Assembly: GCA_002269645.1 (NCBI GenBank)
Contig: NIVC01000861.1
Location: forward strand, 186,001 to 250,000
Direction of reading: 5' to 3'
Length of the DNA: 64,000 nt
From: Macrostomum lignano
Taxonomy: Eukaryota
Made by a program: the position numbers and the translations under genes. How positions within the stretch are numbered: the first letter of the stretch is position 1; every line of letters begins with the position of its first letter. The notes beneath the pieces are model-generated. The model had not been told where the DNA came from. It saw only the letters and a list, made by a program, of their open reading frames with translations, and ran no database searches. Shown in pieces: positions 53,701 through 64,000 of this stretch.

Positions 53701-56700
53701 CCCCTCCTCTCCTCTCCTCTCCTCTCCCTCCTCTCCTCTCTCCTCCTCTCCTCTCTCCCCTCCTCTCCTCTCTCCCTCTCTCCTCTCTCCCCTCCTCTCC
53801 TCTCTCCCCTCCTCTCCTCTCTCCCCTCCTCTCCTCTCCTCTCCTCTCCTCTCCTCTCCTCTCCTCTCTCCCTCCTCTCCTCTCCTCTCCTCTCCTCTCC
53901 TCTCCTCTCCTCTCTCTTCTCTCCTGTCCTCTCCTCTCCTCTCCTGTCCTCTCCTCTCCTCTCCTCTCCTGTCCTCTCCTCTCCCTCCTCTCCTCTCTCC
54001 CCTCCTCTCCTCTCTCCCCTCCTCTCCTCTCTCCCTCTCTCCTCTCTCCCCTCCTCTCCTCTCTCCCCTCCTCTCCTCTCTCCCCTCCTCTCCTCTCTCC
54101 TCCTCTCCTCCCTCCCCTCCTCTCCTCTACTCTCCTCTCCTCTCCTCTCCTCTCCTCTCCTCTCCTCTTCTCTCCTCTCCTCTCCTCTCCTCTCCTCTCC
54201 TCTCCTCTCCTCTCCTCTCCTCTCCTCTCCTCTCCTCTCCTCTCCTCTCCTCTCCTCTCCTCTCCACTCTCCTACCTCATTCTTCAAGCCCTCAGTTCTT
54301 TATCTTCACTGCTCATATATAATTTGTGTTACTCATACTTCCATCACCTATAGAACTAATTCACTTAACTGTATGCTTTATCATGCTCGTGAACATTGTG
54401 CCCCCAAGCTAAAGTTTCTAGTTTATAGCTGTTCAGCAAACTTGTCTAGCAGGTGTTTTTAAAAACTTGCATTGTATTTGTCGCATAGTCTGAACTTACA
54501 AGATAGTATAACTACAATATCTATTCATAGAAACTATAAACTGTAATATGGGCAATGCTTCTGCTACAGGCTAGACATCTGACGAGTCTCTAAGTCATTT
54601 AAGCCCATAATATAACCCTATAGATTTACCCCCCCCCGCCAACACAGAAGAAAGAAGACGGTTAACTACGAAAGAATGAAAAAGCACAGGGGGAAATAAG
54701 GAGAAAGAACCTTGCAGGCAGGTCAACAGAGGTGACTGGGGGGGGGGGTGAGTCAACAGCTTCACAGGACAAAGACTGATTCAGTTAATGAATTGGCATT
54801 AACTTTATGCAATTTTCAATTTGCCTTGCGTTTCATATTGCGAAGCTAATGCAGACGTCATTTGGGAGTAGGGAAGTGGGCCTGTTCTGTTACGTAATGC
54901 TCTTGTGAAGGAGGTCAACTGCCGTTGTGTTCGACGTGACATCTTGTAATTAAGATAGATATGAAGATTTTCTAAGAAATGATAGGAGCTTTCCTCTGCT
55001 TTTTACAGCTTTTTTACAGAATTCCTCTGTTTTCAATCTGACAAGAATATGTTAACCGCCTTAGCTTTGATGAGACATTTAAGAGACCTGTTTATTCTCT
55101 TAGTTTTAAGAGATAAGATATGACAGATAGATAGGGAGGGAAGAGAGTGAAGAGATAAGGGAAGGAAAGAGAGAGTAGAGATAAGGGAAGGAGGAAAGAG
55201 AGAGTAGAGATAAGGGAAGGAAAGAGAGAGTAGAGATAAGGGAAGGAGGAAAGAGAGAGTAGAGATAAGGGAAGGAAAGAGAGAGTAGAGATAAGGGAAG
55301 GAGGAAAGAGAGAGTAGAGATAAGGGAAGGAAAGAGAGAGTAGAGATAAGGGAAGGAGGAAAGAGAGAGTAGAGATAAGGGAAGGAAAGAGAGAGTAGAG
55401 ATAAGGGAAGGAGGAAAGAGAGAGTAGAGATAAGGGAAGGAAAGAGAGTGAAGAGATAAGGGAAGGAAAGAGAGAGTAGAGATAAGAGAAGGAAAGAGAG
55501 AGTAGAGATAAGGGAAGGAAAGAGAGAGTAGAGATAAGGGAAGGAGGAAAGAGAGAGTAGAGATAAGGGAAGGAAAGAGAGAGTAGAGATAAGGGAAGGA
55601 GGAAAGAGAGAGTAGAGATAAGGGAGGGAAGAGAGAATAGAGATAAGGGAAGGAAAGAGAGAGTAGAGATAGGGAGGGAAGAGAGTGAAGAGAGTGAAGA
55701 GGAGAGATAAGGGAGACAAGAGAATAGATTAGAAGGCCAAGCAGAGGGCAAATAAAATATAAAAGCTGTACCGGCACCGTAGTTTCAATAATATTATTAA
55801 TATTCAGAGTGCCTTGTTTATACTAAACGCCCCCTCTCTCAATCCTGGAACGCATATAAAGAAATAAAAACTCAAGCTTTTTACACCCAACGTGACCCAG
55901 AAAAGACCTTGCTCTGTATTAATTAAATAATTAACTGTGCATGTGGGCAGGCAAAATGGCAATGGCATGGCAAGCTATAGAGGGTCGAATTAAAGCTAAT
56001 TAAGTCCGTATTATTATCAACAATATTATTTGTATCGAGTTGAGTGCCAATTATAGCATTCCATGTCACGAATAGCTGTCTTTAATCACAAGTAGAGCGA
56101 TCTACGAGTATGCCATTGGAATCCTATTATAAACCTGTTTAGTTAGAGCTGCTGTTGTTGTTGTTGTCGTGGGTGGCTGGGTTGCGTAATACTTCCTGGG
56201 TAAAACAGTCCTGTTTGGGAGGCAGGCGATTTTGTTTAGTGTTCCGAAGCCACACTGGCAGTTATAGATATGATTACACAGTTCTTCGTTAGTGAGAAGG
56301 TCTATGCTGGGGGATTTAGTGAGTTTAGTGAAGCGTCAAATGCAGCACGGAAGGTGAATATGATGGCCAATGGCTCACTTGGCCAATTTCTGACTCAAAA
56401 TGGCATTACTATACTGGGCTACAATCAACTATAGGAAAGAGTATAATGGGTGAAGGAGTTCACGAAGGATCCACAGTTATAGTTTGAAAGAATACAAAAC
56501 AAGCCTTGAATTTTTTATTCGACATTAAAATATTGTGCTTTTCAGAGCCGACACCCCTGGACACCATAAAAATGAGGTGGTTGTTAAAGCGCCAACATCC
56601 CTAGACACCATAAAATGGGGCGGTTGTTAAAGTGTCAACACCCCTAGACACCATAAAATGGGGCGGTTGTTAAAGAGTCAACACCCCTAGACACCATAAA

Positions 56701-59578
56701 ATGGGGCGGTTGTTAAAGTGTCAACACCCCTAGACACCATAAATGGGGCGGTTGTTAAAGTGTCAACACCCCTAGACACCATAAAATGGGGCGGTTGTTA
56801 AAGAGTCAACACCCCTAGACACCATAAAATGGGGCGGTTGTTAAAGAGTCAACACTCCTAGACACCATAAAATGGGGCGGTTGTTAAAGAGTCAACACCC
56901 CTAGACACCATAAAATGGGGCGGTTGTTAAAGAGTCAACACCCCTAGACACCATAAAATGGGGCGGTTGTTAAAGAGTCAACACCCCTAGACACCATAAA
57001 ATGGGGCGGTTGTTAAAGAGTCAACACTCCTAGACACCATAAAATGGGGCGGTTGTTAAAGAGTCAACACTCCTAGACACCATAAAATTGGGGTGGTTGT
57101 TAAAGAGCCATCACCTCCCAAACACTATAAAATGGGGTGGTTGTCGGTGCCCAACCCCCAGACAGAGTAAAATCGGTAGTTAATCACAGGCCAATCGACC
57201 ACCAATAACATTCACAGACACGATCTGGTCGACTAGCTTCGACTTTCTTTTCGGTCGACGGTATCCCCGCCATCCGATGCCGCCGGAGCGAGCCGGCGCC
57301 GAGCCCGTGGCCGCCGGTGGCACGGGAGTGACAGCCGAGGTGGCCAATTTTGTACTGGCCCTGTGCCTACTGCTCATCCGCTATCCGTCCACATTCTGGC
57401 TGTCTAGCCGACCATTTTCGCTGCTATTCTCCGGCGTCCTGTGCTCTTGCTGCGTTCACGTGATGCTTTCTAGGGAGGCTTCGGCCGTGCTGCTGCGTGT
57501 TGGCGTTGTCGGCGGTTCGACAGACGGCGGCGGCAGCGGCGGCAGCGGCGGCAGCTGCCTGCCAGCAGCTGCGGTGCCCGCTCTGCAGACCCTCAGCGAT
57601 CTGATGCTGCTAACGGCTTGTGTGGCCTTCTTCGAGTTTGGCTATGGACGGGTGCGAATTAGGAGAACTGCGGGAGAGTGACTAATAGACTGACTGGGAG
57701 AGTGACTGGGAGAGTCAATGAAAGAGTGACAAGGGAGAGTGACGGATAGAGTGACCAGATGACTGACTGAAATACTGACAGAGAGGGACGGAGAAAGTGA
57801 CCTGGAAAGTGACTGGAATAGTGACCAGGAGGGTGACCGGAGAGTGACCGGTAGACTAACTGGGAGAGTGACTGGTAGACTGATCGGTTGAGTGACTGGG
57901 AGAGTCACTGAAAGAGTGACAAGGTAGAGTGACGGAGAGAGTGACTGGGAGAGTGACTGGTACTGGTAGACTGACCGGGAGAGTCACTGAAAGAGTGACA
58001 AGGGAGAGTGACGGAGAGAGTGACCAGGAGGGTGACCGGGAGAATGACTGAGAGAGTGGCTGAAGGAGTGACCGGGAGAGTGACTGAGAGAGTGACCGGA
58101 AGAGTGATTGAGTTGAGCATCAACCCCGCTTCCAGATTCTGTCCAGCCTACGCCAGCTGCGGCCGTATCTGCTGGAGCAGCAGAAGCAGCAACAGCAGCA
58201 GCGTCTGCTGCAATCAAAGCAGCCCGACCACCTGGACTCGGTGTCGAACTGCATCGCCCCAAGCGGCAGCGACTTCTCCACTGGTGGCCCAGCGGCGTCA
58301 GAAGCAGCCGTGGAACCGACCGCCTGCTGTCAGCGAGGCGTCCTGGCCGCCCAGGTGCTCGGCTCGTTGCTCATGCTGGCCTCGGCGGTGATCAAAGCTC
58401 CGCTATTCTGGGACTGGCTGTCTCTGTACAGACAGCGCCAATTGCCCGTGCTTCTAGGAGCTGTGATTTCTGGCGGAGTCTACGCTCTGGTCTGGACCGC
58501 AGCCTGGCTGCTGCTCGGCCTGTGCCGCGGCTCCCCGCTGTGCCGGTTCGACATTCGAATCGAGCTGCAGCAAATGCTGGACGAAGTCGACGACGGACAG
58601 CTAGCTGGCCGGGACGTCGGCGAGGAGGAGCATCTGGGAGATGATGAGGCGGCTGGCGCTGGAGACGGCAATCCCGGCATCGACGGAGGCGCGGCGACGC
58701 GGGGCCAGAGTCATCTGCAGTCGACGTCTGGCTACGTGTACCACCACCTGCACGGCATGGTGCCGACCATCTCGGAGCGGCTGGACTCATCCGCCAGCGA
58801 GGACGGCGGCGCCAGCAGCGCCGATTCTGCCGACAGGATGCGAGCGAGCGGCCTGGTGAAGTACCAGGTTCGGCGAGACTCGGCCGGTGGCAGTTTGAAG
58901 CGGAGTCCCGGCAACGGCGGTCACAACCGGGTGGTCACTTTCAAGGAGGGCTCCGTCGGTGGCGGCTCAGGCGGCGCCGCTGGCGGCGGAGGGCCGACGC
59001 TGCCTCAGCTGTCGTTTCTGGCGTCGACAGCGTCGCCAGCGTCCAGTCAGGTCGGCGGAGCCTCGTCGTCAGATAGCGGCGTGGCGGACTATCAGTTTCA
59101 TCAGCACCTGCTGCACCATCAGCAGCATCAGCAGGCGCCGCTATTCTCAGCATTCGGTGGAGGTCACGAGCCCGTGGCCACCTACGCAACTAGAAGTGAA
59201 GTCTTCGCTCCCTCCACGTCGTTTCCGTCACTGCCGCCGCCGCCTCCGCCGCTGCCTCCGCTATCGTCGCCGCATGCTTTGTCAGTAGCCTCGACGGCTT
59301 CAGTGTCAACTCGGGTGCCGGACATCCTCATGACCAGGTGCGGCCAGTTCCAGCATCAGCAGCTTCAGCAGGGTGCGCACAGCAGCAGTCTGGGCCGCGG
59401 CTCTCGGAAGCCGCCGCTGTCAATTTTCGGCAGGCAGATGAGCGGCTCCGAACTGCTCGAAATGCTGCCCCCGCCGCCTTCGCCTCCACCGCCGCCGCCG
59501 CCGCCGACCTCAACGAATCAGCAGATGAGTTCCATGATGCTTGACGAGCACCTGGATGGGTTGTGCAGTCAGGTGTGA
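47735..59578 (+). CDS. tinc: Tincar-like multipass membrane protein, 780 aa
   Basis: Exons 47735-48200, 57218-57651, 58136-59578; phases consistent. LWRVWYALLVLLLQ, GNYADDGVALG, LHLLIAMCLL, PK-DTIWSTSFDF, ANFVLALCLLLIRYPSTFW resemble Drosophila tincar-family motifs as I recall them; C-terminal SQV. Confidence 0.75.
48235..50170. repeat. 20/40-bp minisatellite with a 180-bp higher-order repeat (tincar intron 1)
   Basis: gaggtgtcaggagag(g/a)aa(c/t/g)t; lines at 49501-49680 recur at 49681-49860. Confidence 0.96.
51176..51675. mobile_element. hAT (Charlie/Tip100-like) MITE, 500 bp, with CT-rich repeat interior
   Basis: TIRs CAGGGGTTGACAA / TTCGCCAACCCCTG, subterminal ggcccgc motifs at both ends; TSD degenerate (acgtagat vs atgtagaa). 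Confidence 0.75.
52300..52590. repeat. 9-10 bp tandem repeat
   Basis: ctactctgt / ctactttga variants. Confidence 0.88.
53055..54268. repeat. (CCTCT)n pyrimidine microsatellite
   Basis: 1.2 kb, pure at the left and degenerate in the middle. Confidence 0.97.
55125..55725. repeat. 26/29-bp purine-rich minisatellite
   Basis: Unit gagagtagagataagggaagg(agg)aaaga. Confidence 0.94.
56550..57135. repeat. 43-bp minisatellite (tincar intron 1, 3' end)
   Basis: Unit cccctagacaccataaaatggggcggttgttaaagagtcaaca, about 13 copies. Confidence 0.95.
57665..58110. repeat. 12-bp minisatellite filling tincar intron 2
   Basis: gagagtgac(t/c)gg variants. Confidence 0.9.
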
Positions 59579-59624
59579 GACGTTGCGCAAATTTTAAGGT
59601 TGTCTCTGGATGCAACAGGATTCT

Positions 59625-60150
59625 CCTTGGATGCAAAGGGCTTTCCCTTGGATTCAGATAGGAATGGATTCCCCTTGAGATTCCTGGGGTACGACAGGAT
59701 TCCCCTTGTATACGAATGGATTCCCTTAAATACGAAAGGATTCCCCTTGGATACTTAAGAATTCCCTTTGGATACTTAAGGATTCCCTTTGGATACTTAA
59801 GGATTCCCTTTAGATACTTAAGAATTCCCTTTGGATACGAAAGGATTCCCCTTGGATACGAAAGGATTCCCTTTGGATACGAAAGGATTCCCCTTGGGTA
59901 CGAAAGGATTCCCTTTGGATACTTAAGGATTCCCCTTGGATACTTAAGAATTCCCTTTGGATACGAAAGGATTCCCCTTGGATACGAAAGGATTCCCCTT
60001 GGATACTTAAGAATTCCCTTTGGATACGAAAGGATTCCCCTTGGATACGAAAGGATTCCCCTTGGATACGAAAGGATTCCCCTTGGATACGAAAGGATTC
60101 CCTTTGGATACGAAAGGATTCCCCTTGGATACGACACTTGGATACTACGG
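59625..60150. repeat. 21-bp minisatellite after the tincar stop codon
   Basis: Unit aaaggattccccttggatacg. Confidence 0.94.
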
Positions 60151-60549
60151 GATTTCCCCTGGATATTATTGGACTTCCCATTGAATACGACAGAGTTTTA
60201 CATCGATAAAAATTAATTTATCCTGGATACAAATAATAATTTTGAGACTAATTGGCTTAAAATATTTGCGACACTTTAATTTGCGTAAAAATGTTTGTGC
60301 ACATTATGATTGCAGTCATTAGTTAGTCCTATATAGTATGATAATTGTACTCCATTAGTGCGCACAGCTCATCATACGCGTAGGATAATTAAATTTTAAT
60401 CACTTTAGTTTTTATTACCAACAATCTTAACCAAAGTTATTAACAATACCTGCTCACGGCTTTAATCTTTTAAAAATAGCAGAACTTCTTTCATTGTTGT
60501 ATAGTAAATTTATTCACTTCATTGATCTGCGTGTTTCTCTTCGCATTAT

Positions 60550-61555
60550 AGTCAGGATGGCGCTAAACTGAGACTCAGAGTGGCGCTAAACTGATAGTCA
60601 GGAGGGCGCTAAACTGATAGTCAGGATGGCGCTAAACTGATAGTCAGGATGGCGCTATAAACTGAGACTCAGAAAGGCGCTAAACTGATAGTCAGGATGG
60701 CGCTAAACTGATGATAGTCAGGATGGCGCTAAACTGATAGTCAGGATGGCGCTAAACTGAGACTCAGAGTGGCGCTAAACTGATAGTCAGGAGGGCGCTA
60801 AACTGATAGTCAGGATGGCGCTAAACTGATAGTCAGGATGGCGCTATAAACTGAGACTCAGAAAGGCGCTAAACTGATAGTCAGGATGGCGCTAAACTGA
60901 TGATAGTCAGGATGGCGCTATAAACTGAGACTCAGAAAGGCGCTAAACTGATAGTCAGGATGGCGCTAAACTGATAGTCAGGATGGCGCTAAACTGAGAC
61001 TCAGAGTGGCGCTAAACTGATAGTCAGGATGGCGCTAAACTGATGCTCAGGATGGCGCTAAACTGATGCTCAGGATGGCGCTATAAACTGAGACTCAGAA
61101 AGGCGCTAAACTGATAGTCAGGATGACGCTAAACTGATGATAGTCAGGATGGCGCTAAACTGATAGTCAGGATGGCGCTAAACTGATGCTCAGGATGGCG
61201 CTAAACTGATAGTCAGGATGGCGCTAAACTGAGACTCAGAGTGGCGCTAAACTGATGCTCAGGATGGCGCTAAACTGATAGTCAGGGTGGCGCTAAACTG
61301 ATAGTCAGGATGGCGCTAAACTGATGCTCAGGATGGCGCTAAACTGATGCTCAGGATGGCGCTAAACTGATGATAGTCAGGATGGCGCTAAACTGAGACT
61401 CAGAGTGGCGCTAAACTGATAGTCAGGATGGCGCTAAACTGATAGTCAGGATGGCGCTAAACTGATAGTCAGGATGGCGCTAAACTGATGCTCAGGATGG
61501 CGCTAAACTGATAGTCAGGATGGCGCTAAACTGATGCTCAAGATGGCGCTAAGCT
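60550..61555. repeat. 23-bp minisatellite with a 189-bp higher-order repeat
   Basis: ggcgctaaactgatagtcaggat; variant block gagtggcg... at 60578 and 60767. Confidence 0.95.
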
Positions 61556-62277
61556 GATGTTCATAAAATGGTGAGGTGCCGCTAAAGAAAACTTTTCACA
61601 GAGGCACTTAGCGACTATGCACAGAAAAAGCAGCTTGTTTAAGCATTCTCGGATATTATGATTTCTTATTTTGTTAATCCGCTATAAAATAAACCGGCCT
61701 TTTCTTAGAAAACACATTTGCTTCAACTTTCAGCACGAATGCAGTTGTTGAGCAAAAATATTTAAAGTACCGACACTTAACCAATGCAAACCGACTGCCA
61801 GTGGTTCGGACTCTTAATTTGCTGTCTTCCTGTAGATCTTCCTCCGCAGACTTTCTTGTCTGGTTGGAGCCACACTTCATTTTTAGCTTTTCTGTTGTTT
61901 TCTTTTGCACTTCTGCTGCCTATCCCTTGAGAGCTGAGACTCTCTGGGAGCCTCGGGAGTTCCTTGGCCTGACTTTCCAGCCTTCGAAATGATTTCTGTC
62001 AAAGTCCTTCGGACAAGTTTCTCTGTATTGCCAGATTCTGTTGGCGATTTGGAGACCAGAATCTGAAAATTGTCTGGCAAAGAAACGGTGTTTCTTCGAT
62101 TTGTCAGTCAACTGTCAAAACAGACCTCTTCCCAGACAAGCAACCTTGTCGAATGCCAAGAGCAAAATAAATTAAATGTGTGTAAAACAGAATAAGTTCA
62201 TGTGTTACAGTTATTCCTAACTTCCATCATCTCCTAAGAGCAGCTGTCGCCCCAATATATAAACTCTGCTTCTAGAG

Positions 62278-63105
<828 letters not shown>

Positions 63106-63143
63106 AGGTGTCACTTTACCCATCTGTCACTCATCGCTCTGTT

Positions 63144-63400
63144 TTAATTAACTTTTGCTCCAACCGCCTCAGCAAGTATTTTGTCAGTCAGCTCCATGAA
63201 TTTAAAAAGGGATTCATTGCTGGCGTACCGTCCATTGCCCGGGACAATGAATTGGGTGAGTGAGTCATAGCCTAAAAATAGCTTTGGCCAATAAAATGGG
63301 GGGCGCATTGCGGTTATAGCGAAATTGATTCCAAACTCCGGTTTGCCTAGAAATTCTCTTCTCTCCTTTCCAAACAAAAAAACACTTTTTTCTCTTTCTC
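63144..63400 (-). CDS. Possible coding exon of an unidentified gene whose 5' part lies right of the window
   Basis: Non-repetitive open frame of ~85 codons (KSVFLFGKERREFLGKPEFGINFAITAMRPPFYWPKLFLGYD...) after a CTGACTAG acceptor-like site, next to a satellite-filled putative intron; no family recognised. Confidence 0.35.
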
Positions 63401-63499
63401 TAGTCAGCAGGTGACTGAGCGTCCTGAGTCATGGAGTCCTGGCCGGACCCAGGGACTGGATTGGAAACTTTTGGATCAAAATATAGACAGAAAATCTTC

Positions 63500-63790
63500 A
63501 CATCTTCACATACAAATAACAGAATCTTCCCAATCCGCAAAATCTTCACAAGTCCCCAAATCCTCACAAAATCCTCACAAATCCCCAGATCCTCACAAAT
63601 CCATAAATTCTCACAAAATCCCTAAATCTTCACAAATCCCTAAATCCTCACAAAATCCTCACAAATCCCCAAATCCTCACAAATCCCCAAATCCTCACAA
63701 ATCCCTAAATCCTCACAAATCCCCAACCCTCACAAATCCCTAACCCTCACAAATCCCCAAATCCTCACAAATCCCCGAATCCTCACGAAG
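63500..63790. repeat. 18-bp AAATCC minisatellite
   Basis: Unit aaatcctcacaaatcccc. Confidence 0.9.
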
Positions 63791-64000
63791 TAAAATAGCA
63801 GTTAAAAATGCAATTTACAAGCAAAATGCGCAGTTTAATGCGCAACTAAATGATTAATTTGCTGAGTCCCTATGGTATAAAGTAATTTCCAGATGCAAAG
63901 TTTAGTAGTCCACGCTTCTGCCCCGGGCCCTTGTCCCCTTTTTCGCCTCTTATTCATTCTTTATTCTTCCCCTGTTCCCAAATGAGTCTTTGTTGCACTA

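Overview
Eukaryotic (invertebrate animal) genomic DNA. GC-rich GT-AG exons, TTAGGG repeats and minisatellite-filled introns resemble a free-living flatworm such as Macrostomum (inference, not verified). By hand-splicing I reconstructed five protein genes with phase-consistent exons: (1) a RIG-I-like DECH helicase with a CARD-like N-terminus (minus, 11 exons; its 3' part lies left of the window and a Ty3/Gypsy LTR retrotransposon sits in the intron after exon 11); (2) an NPS/CCAP/vasopressin-family GPCR (plus, 9 exons, 427 aa) with DRV and NPIIF in place of DRY and NPxxY; (3) AKTIP/FTS (minus, 2 exons); (4) COG4 (plus, 6 exons), head-to-head with AKTIP; (5) a tincar-like multipass membrane protein (plus, 3 exons). 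There is also a possible unassigned coding exon near the right end. Mobile DNA includes the Gypsy element, a tRNA-derived SINE family (4 pieces), a 5'-truncated LINE with a target-site duplication (TSD), two hAT-type MITEs and a foldback element. About 40 distinct mini/microsatellite arrays fill most introns. Their units cluster at 20-23 and 40-43 bp, several have 141-240 bp higher-order periods, and related arrays flank some exons in inverted orientation. Most long ORFs in the supplied track are satellite read-throughs, not genes. Satellite boundaries are approximate (+/-20 nt).
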